This document shows, one piece after another, positions 29,432 to 38,262 of a stretch of 64,000 bases of DNA (position 1 is the first letter of the stretch; each line of letters starts with the position of its first letter). The stretch is taken from NCBI GenBank assembly GCA_000002435.2, contig CM018789.1, one strand, 5' to 3'. The DNA comes from Giardia intestinalis. Lineage: Eukaryota. Position numbers and translations under genes: made by a program. The notes beneath the pieces are model-generated. The model saw only the letters and a program-made list of their open reading frames with translations. It was not told the DNA's origin and ran no database searches.

Positions 29432-30811
29432 TCACCTAGATACAACAGAGTACACAGCCGATCCAAATCCGGAGATGGTGTAAAAGATCCCCAAGACTAT
29501 AATACTCAAGGACGAGATGTATCTATGCTTGGGACCACCAAAACGCTTTGTGACACTGTAGCCAAACATTCCTGGAAAAATAAACACCATTGGAGATCCG
29601 CAGAGACTGCTTGTAAATGAAAGAATGTCGGCAATGCTATCAACGAACGTTGCAACGATAGCGGGGAGAAAGACATTGAACATTATGATAAGCAGACGCC
29701 ACTTGTAGGGAATCTTCTGGCCAGGCGAATAAAACATAGATTCTATGGTACACCTGAGGCCATAGCATAATAGAGGATAGGAAAAAAGCATCACAAGTAT
29801 CATAGCAGAGTTAGCGATGTAGAAGATCACCGAAGCCCCTGGAATCTCAGCTATGTTCTTCAGTATGTCGGAGTGCAAAAGGTCTGTGAAGGTAAAATAC
29901 CCAAAGAGAGCCATTACAGAGTTGAATAACGACGTAACGATAACCGTAATGCATATCACTATGTTCATGCGCTTGATGGACCTGTTGTTGAGCTCCTTAT
30001 AGATGTTCAGGCTATTATAGTGACCACAGAATGCTGTTGTGAAAAGAGGAAAGGATGTCAGCGCGTTGATAGACCAATTGAAGACTTGTGGGGGCCCCTT
30101 AGCGATATACTTGGTTTTATCAAAAGTTGTGAGAACGAAGAACCCAACGACAACGAAAATGATATAAAGGATGCTCACTATGGCCACGAGAGACGTAAAG
30201 TTTAGGAAGTCGATGCGTGGGAGGAGACTTAAGGGAAAGACTATCAGGCAGACCATCGCCCAAAGCATCCCCCTCTTGTTTGATGCATTGGCTGGCGTGT
30301 CCTCAGCCCACCAGAACATGTTGTCCCGCAGAACTATGGAGTAGGACCCAATGGTGCCCAGAGTATAAATGGCGACCATAACAGCAACAAGGTGGCTGAA
30401 CCACGGTTTATACAGCACACGAGCAATATCCCGATACTGGTACATCTTTGTGACGTCTGAAGCAACGGTAAGAAGGTAAAATGACAGCGCAGAAGAGACA
30501 CCAATAAGCACAAGGAAGAACATCCCCAGGAGCCAGCCGCAATTCATGAGATTGTAAGGTAGAGTCAAAATGCCTGCACCAAGAACGGTATTGGAAAGGT
30601 TAAACGAGGACGACAGAATAGACGCTCTGTTAACATTCCTGCCTTCCTCTGGAGGCTCTGGGTCGCGCGGATCCGCTGCCATAGAGTCCAGGGCCGATTC
30701 CACACTTGGTGAGTGATCCATTAGGGTCTGGGCGTTAAAATTCAAATTGTTTTGTAAAATGGACACATTTAATAGTGCATTTGGACTCGTTGAGGACACA
30801 CTGACAGGCAT
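29432..30811 (-). CDS. Amino acid transporter (Aa_trans / AAAP / SLC38-like family).
   Basis: After a hydrophilic N-terminal region there are about 11 transmembrane segments. The first TM block, SNTVLGAGILTLPYNLMNCGWLLGMFFLVLIGVSSALSFYLL, is typical of the Aa_trans family (VLG.GIL.LPYA...GW). Confidence 0.7.
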   Translation of the reverse strand: MPVSVSSTSPNALLNVSILQNNLNFNAQTLMDHSPSVESALDSMAADPRDPEPPEEGRNVNRASILSSSFNLSNTVLGAGILTLPYNLMNCGWLLGMFFLVLIGVSSALSFYLLTVASDVTKMYQYRDIARVLYKPWFSHLVAVMVAIYTLGTIGSYSIVLRDNMFWWAEDTPANASNKRGMLWAMVCLIVFPLSLLPRIDFLNFTSLVAIVSILYIIFVVVGFFVLTTFDKTKYIAKGPPQVFNWSINALTSFPLFTTAFCGHYNSLNIYKELNNRSIKRMNIVICITVIVTSLFNSVMALFGYFTFTDLLHSDILKNIAEIPGASVIFYIANSAMILVMLFSYPLLCYGLRCTIESMFYSPGQKIPYKWRLLIIMFNVFLPAIVATFVDSIADILSFTSSLCGSPMVFIFPGMFGYSVTKRFGGPKHRYISSLSIIVLGIFYTISGFGSAVYSVVSR

Positions 30812-31106
30812 CCTAGATGGACTATCTGGGGACAGAACAGGAGTCAGGCTGGAGGACTATGCAATCAGATTCCAGGAGCAGCTTATGGTCATTTACAATG
30901 ACATTTTGAAGCTGTCCGAAGAGCTTCGAGAGACCTGGCGATCCCCGGCCGTCCAAACCCGCCTAAAAGAACTATTTCTGAGCGATGCCCAAGAGGACAT
31001 TGCAAGTGGCCTGAGCGAGTGGAGGAAAAGCTGGGAACTACACAGCGTTGCTGCCTCTAAAATTAAAGCTGTCGCCTCTCTGGACGAATTTGCAGACACA
31101 GAGTAA
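30747..31106 (+). CDS. Small hypothetical protein of about 115-119 aa.
   Basis: The ORF lies between the transporter and the USP gene. Its first codons overlap the annotated 5' end of the opposite-strand transporter ORF. An alternative start is MDTFNSAF at 30759. It is weakly supported. Confidence 0.3.
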   Translation: MFCKMDTFNSAFGLVEDTLTGILDGLSGDRTGVRLEDYAIRFQEQLMVIYNDILKLSEELRETWRSPAVQTRLKELFLSDAQEDIASGLSEWRKSWELHSVAASKIKAVASLDEFADTE

Positions 31107-31160
31107 ACGCCTTAAGGGGAACGCGACCGTACACCCACCTACTCATAGCCGAAAGGATCA

Positions 31161-34100
31161 ATGAACATCCTCGCAGACGACGACTTTGTATCCCCCTGTG
31201 GTCATATGAACCTTAAAATCAGGACTCTGAAGCGGCTTATACTGGCAAATAAGAGCGCCTTCATGGATAAGAATGCCACGTGCGCAGCCTCACGCTGCAA
31301 CAAGTCCTGGAAATCCCTCTGGATGTGCTGTACATGTGGGCGATTCTTCTGTGGCTACACAGACAACGAGCATGCCAAAGACCATTACAACCAGGACCAC
31401 CATGCGATCTTTTTTCATCTGACTTGTCACGATCTCTGGTGCTATAATTGCAATTCGTACAAAACCAGCAACCCATGGCTTGCAACCATAAAACCTCTCA
31501 CGACTATCACTAAAGATAAGCTTATCAAGCTAGAGCAGGCCACTGCAGGCTCTGTCCAGGTTGATGGCTCACGGGTGGCTGATGTGAATCTTCACCAGGA
31601 GGGTCAAGCAGTTTCGCGGCAACTGGGAAGGCCTGCCCAGAACAAGCCCAAAATCACAACCTTAGAGAATATGCTTTTACATTTGAATGGGACTGCTTCG
31701 TTTTCTCATTATAATATGGCCATTTCGCAGCCTAAGAGTGAAAGAATAGGTAGCACAGGCGCCTCTGTGCAGGCACTGGTTCATGCAAAGTGCTTTGCCA
31801 AAGTTCCAATCCACAGTCATGCTAATACATGCTATCTCAATGGAATTTTACAGGTACTTGCTCACCTGCCCCCATTTGCCCAGTACTTTATTGCCTTGCA
31901 ACCCATTCTTCAGTCTCTGGATGCGGGAATCTACACAAACTTGCTCCAACAATTCACTCTCACCATGGTTGCTCTGCAGCTTGTTACAGACGCCTCTATT
32001 CCCCCTTTCGTCAATCCTATTCCGAAATTATCAGGGAAAAGGCTTAATATCGAGGCACTCAGCATAGCATTATTCAGTTTTCTCCCTTCACACGCTCTTG
32101 GGGACCTTCATGATGCACATGAAATACAGATGGCTCTTTTTGGACTTTTAAACGACGCCCTGCGATTTTCTCTACCGCCACAGGCATATCTGAATGAGAA
32201 CCTTTTTGCTTTCTTTGCAGACAATCTCAGTGGAAACAGGCATACTATTTTTAGCATTTTCTCTCGCAACAACTCGGAGGAAGCACTACTGCACCTTTTT
32301 AAACGAGACATCCTTGCAGTCAGTCCATTCACCGAAAACGTATTGCGCGAAAACCACCACCTACTAGAGGTGTATTTAAATGCATGTGGCTCATCCTCCT
32401 CCGTTTCCTCTACTAACTCCATGGAGTCTTCAAACCCAGCACAAAACGGAAGCACCTGCGGACAAAGTGACCACTTCTCCTATCTCAGCAATCCTCCTCA
32501 ACTCGCATTTGCTCACTTAATACATACATTCCCACCAACGCAGGACGCTTCTCAGGCACCTAGTATCAATCACCAGTACAGTGAAATATACCGCCGAAGC
32601 ACATTCTTTGATTACGTCTTCAAGTGGGTGCGCTGCACAACGCATGAACAAATATCTCCTTCTGTGAGCCAGGAATCTGGTAGTACCGCTACGACTGGCA
32701 GCATAAGGCCCTTGTACGATGCTTTTGGAATGCCTGTCGCATCTTACAGCTCAGAAATCCGTCAGATCTTTAATTACAGCAATACAAAGCCACAGACACT
32801 TGTCACACAGTGCTTCCGTGGGATTTCACAAACTCTTAGGAAATGTAGCAGATGCGGATCCCATAGAACACGTTACGAACCATTCTTCGACCTTTTAGTT
32901 CCATACAACCCCGAGAAGACATTTTTGGAGGAGCTAGGAGCGCTGTTCTCTGAGGAGGAGTGTTCTGGACTCCACTGTGATACATGTGGCGCAGAAACAC
33001 ACGGGACTACGCACCTTTCCCTTTACATGTGCCCAGACGTACTAATCACCCTCCAGAAGCAGGGACATTATGGTGCGTCTTTTAAACAGGAGACACAGCG
33101 CTCTCAGTCATCCACCTCTAGCCACTTCACAGCACACGGCTCTCAGCTAACTGCACTATCTAGTTTTTCACTGGCTGACTATCTGTCTTCCACTAGCCCC
33201 CATAAGAAATACAAAGTGCTAATGACCATTGATGTGGGCACAGACTTCAAAATACGCGCCTTCCTGGAAAATTTTATTCAGTATCAGATGTACAAGAAGC
33301 TCTCCCACGAGATTGTTATTTTAATTTACGAAATAGTCATGAAATCTGCCAGCTTTCTTTATAATGACTCGGTTACAATCGTCGTGGCTGCGATGGAGTA
33401 CATCTTGCGTCGCTTCAAGGCGTCCCGCATATTGACATCATCTGCCGGGATCTGTGAGGCAGAGGTTACCGAGGCCTTAGAGTTGTTGGCCCAGATTCCC
33501 ACGGGCTTTAACTTAACGGCCATATCACCTAATGTGATAGAGTATTTTACAGCCCTCCTATCAACCCACATGCTTTACATATTCAACTGTACTTTCTATA
33601 TTCTCCTGCTTCTTTCGCAAAATAAGCTTGCTGAAGTTGAAAAAATCTTGGAGGATTTTATAGTGGATGCCCCTGGCGCTCTAGAGTTTCTCAGGAGACG
33701 TCCGTTGGAGCGCCAATCAGGCCGTGCGCATCTTCTCTATATGCTGTTTACTATCGTATTAACGGATATTCAGGTGATATTCTCCCAGTTTAAAATGATA
33801 AACAATTATAAGGCACGGTGGGTTAGGCAGATTGATCCAAACGATAGCGCAATTCAAAACGACATGAAGTCAGAGCTGGAATACAACATCAAACGCACCG
33901 CGTTGTATAAGTTGTTCCACAAGTTGCCAGATAAGTGTACAGACAAGTTTTCACAGTTGTTTGCGGACGTAGATATATGGAAGGCAGGATCTACCACCTA
34001 CGAGCTGGCTTCTCTCATTGTCCACTGCAACGGCAATCATTACGTAGCGTATATTAAGGGAAATGTCCAACAAGAAGGTGCAGATGCTAAATATGACGTA

Positions 34101-35198
34101 CAATCAGGCGTTAGTCAGGATATCCAAAGCGCCGGCCCGCCTCCAACTGGAGTCTCCACGTTGCCATCGGTGTCTTCTAATGATCCTTTTTCGAACAAGC
34201 CAAGCTTCGGCTCTCACGTTGGGCCTTCTGCAACACCAGACAATGAGCTGAGATCCATGGGCATACCTGATGTAAGTACATCTGTAAAAACGTCTCCACC
34301 AAATACATGGTACTGCTTCAACGATGACAAGGTGACTCGCGTAACCAATCCGCCTATTAGCAATGCCTCTATCTTATATTTTATCAAGTCCAGGAGCCCT
34401 TTGGTTGAGGCGCTGAAGGGGTACATCTGGACAGAGCTATGCTCGTATCTAAAAGGGTCTGGCTCCAGCGCCCCAGAGTGGATGACCAGGATAATGACCG
34501 AAAGGGCCGACTGCATCGGGATTCTAGAGATCCTACTGGGCTCGCATGCCTTGTTAAGTACGGCACTATCCACCGCGTACTTAGACTATGACTTATCTGC
34601 CGACTTCATTTATAGCTTCCATAACCTTCACTGGCCGTCTCTCAGAGGCTGCTCGGGACACATACCTACAGGCATTGATCATTCGGGTCCGTGGAGCGTG
34701 TCTACCGTGCTGTCGTACACGCTCCAACCTGCACAGCTTGCCAAGCGCTACCCTATACCTGGGTGCTTTTATTACTCCATATCTGCCATTTTTGATGGTA
34801 GCCTAACTGACTACTTGGAGCGAGATAACTACGACAGCTACTCTCTGAAGGTCAAGCCAAACAAGAAAATGGAGGAGGCACTTGCCAGAGAAAAAGCTCT
34901 GTACAATGACATCATGGCCACAGTATCTGCCGGGTCCTTGTCAGGGGGCGAATACCTGCTTTCTAGCGACTGGATGGGAGACTGGGGTGAGTACTTGTTT
35001 AGTGGAAAGAAAAAGCCATTAGCTCTCGACAATACTCCTTTATTAGCGCCAGAGTCTGACGCACTGACACCGACCCTCAAGCCGGACCTTCTCAAGGATC
35101 TGGACTACATTCTCCTCACTAGCCAGCACTGGCACGACCTCTGCAGGTGTTACCCCAGCAAGGTGGGCCATGAGCTTCCACGGAATCTTCTTCCTTGA
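31161..35198 (+). CDS. Ubiquitin carboxyl-terminal hydrolase (USP family) with an N-terminal zf-UBP and C-terminal DUSP-like domains. The architecture is USP20/USP33-like.
   Basis: The zf-UBP Cys/His pattern is CAASRCNKSWKSLWMCCTCGRFFCGY...HAKDHYNQDHHAIFFHLTCHDLWCYNC. The Cys box is ANTCYLNGILQVLAH. The His box is IVHCNGNHYVAYI. The USP C-terminal motif is WYCFNDDKVTRV. A DUSP-like segment reads LDNTPLLAPESDALTPTLKPDLLKDLDYILLTSQHWHDLCRCY. Confidence 0.8.
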   Translation: MNILADDDFVSPCGHMNLKIRTLKRLILANKSAFMDKNATCAASRCNKSWKSLWMCCTCGRFFCGYTDNEHAKDHYNQDHHAIFFHLTCHDLWCYNCNSYKTSNPWLATIKPLTTITKDKLIKLEQATAGSVQVDGSRVADVNLHQEGQAVSRQLGRPAQNKPKITTLENMLLHLNGTASFSHYNMAISQPKSERIGSTGASVQALVHAKCFAKVPIHSHANTCYLNGILQVLAHLPPFAQYFIALQPILQSLDAGIYTNLLQQFTLTMVALQLVTDASIPPFVNPIPKLSGKRLNIEALSIALFSFLPSHALGDLHDAHEIQMALFGLLNDALRFSLPPQAYLNENLFAFFADNLSGNRHTIFSIFSRNNSEEALLHLFKRDILAVSPFTENVLRENHHLLEVYLNACGSSSSVSSTNSMESSNPAQNGSTCGQSDHFSYLSNPPQLAFAHLIHTFPPTQDASQAPSINHQYSEIYRRSTFFDYVFKWVRCTTHEQISPSVSQESGSTATTGSIRPLYDAFGMPVASYSSEIRQIFNYSNTKPQTLVTQCFRGISQTLRKCSRCGSHRTRYEPFFDLLVPYNPEKTFLEELGALFSEEECSGLHCDTCGAETHGTTHLSLYMCPDVLITLQKQGHYGASFKQETQRSQSSTSSHFTAHGSQLTALSSFSLADYLSSTSPHKKYKVLMTIDVGTDFKIRAFLENFIQYQMYKKLSHEIVILIYEIVMKSASFLYNDSVTIVVAAMEYILRRFKASRILTSSAGICEAEVTEALELLAQIPTGFNLTAISPNVIEYFTALLSTHMLYIFNCTFYILLLLSQNKLAEVEKILEDFIVDAPGALEFLRRRPLERQSGRAHLLYMLFTIVLTDIQVIFSQFKMINNYKARWVRQIDPNDSAIQNDMKSELEYNIKRTALYKLFHKLPDKCTDKFSQLFADVDIWKAGSTTYELASLIVHCNGNHYVAYIKGNVQQEGADAKYDVQSGVSQDIQSAGPPPTGVSTLPSVSSNDPFSNKPSFGSHVGPSATPDNELRSMGIPDVSTSVKTSPPNTWYCFNDDKVTRVTNPPISNASILYFIKSRSPLVEALKGYIWTELCSYLKGSGSSAPEWMTRIMTERADCIGILEILLGSHALLSTALSTAYLDYDLSADFIYSFHNLHWPSLRGCSGHIPTGIDHSGPWSVSTVLSYTLQPAQLAKRYPIPGCFYYSISAIFDGSLTDYLERDNYDSYSLKVKPNKKMEEALAREKALYNDIMATVSAGSLSGGEYLLSSDWMGDWGEYLFSGKKKPLALDNTPLLAPESDALTPTLKPDLLKDLDYILLTSQHWHDLCRCYPSKVGHELPRNLLP

Positions 35199-35245
35199 GA
35201 CTCTGCTAATCAGTGCTCTTGTGAGTAGAACTTTCGCCTCTCTTA

Positions 35246-35252
35246 AGTAAAT
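35246..35252 (+). promoter_or_regulatory. Candidate polyadenylation signal (AGTAAAT, AGTRAAY class) downstream of the USP gene.
   Basis: AGTAAAT lies 48 nt after the TGA stop. This motif class is the known diplomonad polyadenylation signal. The spacing is on the long side. Confidence 0.3.
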
Positions 35253-36011
35253 CGGTAGTTGCGTTTGGTAGTCAGCCTACAATTCGTGCATCCGGAGCTT
35301 AACGCAGCACGAGTCAGCAAAGGTGCCAGCATAGTCCGACAGAGGGGCATCGGCAGTCACTAGCAAAACGAGCAGATTCGTGGCGCCTGCACCCTCCTCC
35401 ATGGCAGGCCACAGGCCACAGGGCACCGGATGCCCGTCGGCATCTGCAGGTCATGGTCTGCGCCGTCTCATGGTTGAGTACCGCGCCCTCTTGGTGGAGG
35501 GCTGGCCGCCGCCACGGACAGTCGTGCCCCGGGCGGCGAGCCGCGTTTGCGAGGGATACCTGAGGGGCAGAGTCCGGCAGGGGACCCAAGCGCGTCTGGG
35601 CTCTCTCTTGTGATTATTCTCATTAGTACTTCTGAAAAGCACTAGGCACGTAGAGGCCATCTCAAACCATATCCACTTGTCTGCAATTGCTTTCCCCGGT
35701 GTTTAGCTAGTGGTGAGGGCTGCATCGCCAACTCCAGCGAGTGCACTTGATCCAGGGTGTCATTTTCAGCGAGGCCCTTCACTCGCTTTCTGCCTGCCGA
35801 TCGCACAGCCATGCTGTTAGCGACAGTGCCTTGCATCTCCTACATTATGCAAGGCTCTATGTGCAGGTGGGGCTGGGCCCCTGATCACTGCGTCCACCGA
35901 AGGATTTAGAGAGGGACACATTATCGATTGGGCTAGCGCCGGGGGCCTACTGGATTGCTTAGTTCTGTTAGAAGTTGGGATCACTAAATTCTTAAGATGC
36001 AGCGGAGATCT

Positions 36012-36467
36012 TCAGAACGGTTGGTCACCTCGAAGAAGCTCCATACACTTCCGGTTATTCCGTGACTTTGCATGATTAAGGGGAGTCCAGTTATATCTAT
36101 CCTTCATACCACTCTCGTGTTTCACTAATAGCCTCACCACTTCTGCATGTCCTCGTGCTGCTATCATCAGTGCTGTTCCTCCATGCACACTCCATCTGTC
36201 TGTTTTGACATATCCTGCTGTCCTTCCCATGGGAAGAGGAGAAAGTGCTTTAACAGCCTCTACGTCACCTCTTTCTGCAGCCCGCATGAGCAGGGTCCAC
36301 GATGAGTCTCGAGCGGCCAGCTTCCTGAGACCTTCTTTGAGAAAGTCCAGCTCGGCAGCCTGAGCAGAGATAGTCTCCTTCGGGCCTTTGTTCTCAGCTG
36401 ACTCGGCTTGAGGGGCTTTCTCGAGGGGATCGTCCCTAGCATTGGCATCTTCCAGGACGCTCTCCAA
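36012..36467 (-). CDS. Ankyrin-repeat protein, intact ORF of 151 aa. It is probably the C-terminal module of a decayed kinase-ankyrin gene.
   Basis: Ankyrin repeats are LLMRAAERGDVEAVKAL and GGTALMIAARGHAEVVRLLVKH...WTPLNHAKSRNNRKCMELL. The reading frame continues upstream into kinase subdomain XI-like sequence. Confidence 0.55.
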   Translation of the reverse strand: MESVLEDANARDDPLEKAPQAESAENKGPKETISAQAAELDFLKEGLRKLAARDSSWTLLMRAAERGDVEAVKALSPLPMGRTAGYVKTDRWSVHGGTALMIAARGHAEVVRLLVKHESGMKDRYNWTPLNHAKSRNNRKCMELLRGDQPF

Positions 36468-36842
36468 CGCACTGATGTGAAGCCTGATCCCTACTTCTGA
36501 AGCGTTCAGCTCCCGGAGCAGATCATGAAGCTCCCTGGCTGTGGACTGCTCTGCCGGGTCCAGGATAATATCTTCTCGATGACAGTTCTTACAAATTCAT
36601 CTGTGATGGTGCCCAAATCAGGCCTCCACTCATTGTCAAAGACTGATTTCGCGTCCTCTGGCTCCCAAAGTGTGAAAAGCTCGGCAACTTCATAGTAGTA
36701 AGCTCGTACATGACGACTCCGAAGGCCCCTTGCCTAGCAGCTCGCCTTCACGCTGATACAGCCCTTCGGGATTGAACATGGGGATGCTATCGGGGCCACT
36801 GCCAGCGCTCTCTGCAGCACGAGTGGGACTCTCACTGACCAT
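36468..36842 (-). pseudogene. Frameshifted, internally truncated protein-kinase domain remnant fused upstream of the ankyrin ORF (NEK-ankyrin-type gene decay).
   Basis: The reverse strand from the ATG at 36842 reads MVSESPTRAAESAGSGPDSIPMFNPEGLYQREGELLGKG in one frame. Kinase subdomain IX (GAFGVVMYELTTMKLP) is then in frame -1. The subdomain X region (WEPEDAKSVFDNEWRPDLGTITDEFVRTVIEKI) is in a third frame. Subdomain XI (ILDPAEQSTARELHDLLREL) is in the ankyrin ORF frame. Subdomains II-VIII are absent. Confidence 0.5.
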
Positions 36843-37236
36843 GTCATGCGCAATTAGATTCTCGCTTTCTATTACGCCAAACTAACAATTACTGTACTGG
36901 GTCCAATTTTCGCAGAATCTGTGGGTAGATAACAATCATGGATTCGGTGAGCCTCAGCCTTGCTACCTCCTGGTCGAACGCTTTTCCTCGCGCATCATTG
37001 CCCAATCCCAATCAGCACAGAAGCCTCTGAAGTCGTGGGATTGCAACCAAAGCGCCCTTAGTGAGACAGATCTTACGAACTGACCCCTTCTGTCCATCGA
37101 TCTGAGTGCACGGAGCTGCCTGGCGCTGACACAGGCTCCTGTGCAGCGAAGCGCGACCCCCAGGCGACAGACTCTGCACTTTTGATAAGCCACAAGAAGC
37201 AGGGAGGCGGCTTGGGAGACCTGGCAAAGAATTAAA

Positions 37237-38151
37237 ATGAGCATCCAGGACATTCTTGCGCCCTTCACGGAGGGCTGCGATGCGAAAGGCTCGCCGGCCA
37301 CGTTTGTGCTCCTGGGCAACGGGGACACATACAAGGGCGCGCTTGCCACGCGGCTGCTCGGAAAGCAGGTTATAATCCCCCCTGGCACATCAAAATACAC
37401 CACTTTACTGGTCTCGTCTGACCGCGGTGCAGACGATGCAGCTCCTGTTTCCTGTTTTATTTTGGGTTCCTCTGGGCTCCTGAAGGACAAGTTGCACGAC
37501 CTTGACTTCTTCGCTGACCCTGAGCAGCTGCATCTCGTTCTTTTAATTTCTGCCGCCTCGGTTTCGCTGTGCGTCACGGAGACGAAGGCCTGGCTGGATG
37601 CCGTCTACGCGCTTAGCAAGCGCCAGCGCTTCTCCAGCTGCACCATCCTGCTGACAGACAGCACCCAGCTGCAGAACACAAACCCTGTGAGCCGCAGCAT
37701 CGCCCTCCGGTGCGTTCGGGCCCTGGCCCTGGTCGCCAACGCCAAGCTCTTTCCGTCCTCCGATGGCTCTGCGTGCCCCCAAAGAACAACCGTCTACTCT
37801 GCAGCCGGCACAGACGACACGGGCCCCATTGCGAGGCACTTGCTGGGACATACCAAGGGGGGCGCGCACGCCTTCGACTTCACGATCGACGAAGACGAAG
37901 CGATACTGCGCATCCCGCCTGGGATGGACTCCCACACCATGATATGCCAGTCGTCCTCTCCGGACGAGGCGCTGAAGGTGCAGATGGGCACCTTCAAGAC
38001 CAACGTTCAGGACGGGGACGGACCGCAGGACGAAGAGCAGATCAGCAGCCTGAGTGACTACTTCGGCTACGTGACGGCAAAGACAAAGGCCGAGGACCCG
38101 GTGCTAAGCGATCTCTTAGCAGGCCTGTCCGTGGCAGCAGGTAAATTCTAG
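37237..38151 (+). CDS. Hypothetical protein of 304 aa with high GC3 codon usage. It may have a degenerate Ras-like/P-loop fold.
   Basis: Third codon positions are strongly G/C-biased, unlike the neighbours. The N-terminal TFVLLGNGDTYKGALATRLLGK resembles the non-canonical P-loops of small GTPase-fold proteins, but no intact GKS/T is present. Confidence 0.5.
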   Translation: MSIQDILAPFTEGCDAKGSPATFVLLGNGDTYKGALATRLLGKQVIIPPGTSKYTTLLVSSDRGADDAAPVSCFILGSSGLLKDKLHDLDFFADPEQLHLVLLISAASVSLCVTETKAWLDAVYALSKRQRFSSCTILLTDSTQLQNTNPVSRSIALRCVRALALVANAKLFPSSDGSACPQRTTVYSAAGTDDTGPIARHLLGHTKGGAHAFDFTIDEDEAILRIPPGMDSHTMICQSSSPDEALKVQMGTFKTNVQDGDGPQDEEQISSLSDYFGYVTAKTKAEDPVLSDLLAGLSVAAGKF

Positions 38152-38262
38152 CAATTCTGGTTCAATAATTTAATCGGCGCCCCGCCATGAACTCCCTCAA
38201 CCAGGATAAGAGAGAGTAAGTTAACACGAGCACAACTGGTTGATCATAGACAATCAAGCTCT

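Noticed and set aside
35199-36011. A telomerase RNA template or telomere-like repeats in the ORF-free gap.
   Set aside because: No CCCTA/TAGGG runs were found in the interval, so the idea was kept only as a generic ncRNA candidate.
36963-37577. A 204 aa minus-strand ORF overlapping the 5' part of the 37237..38151 gene and its promoter.
   Set aside because: It lies in a GC-rich region that produces long spurious frames. It overlaps a better-supported gene with coherent codon bias and has no kinase or other motifs.
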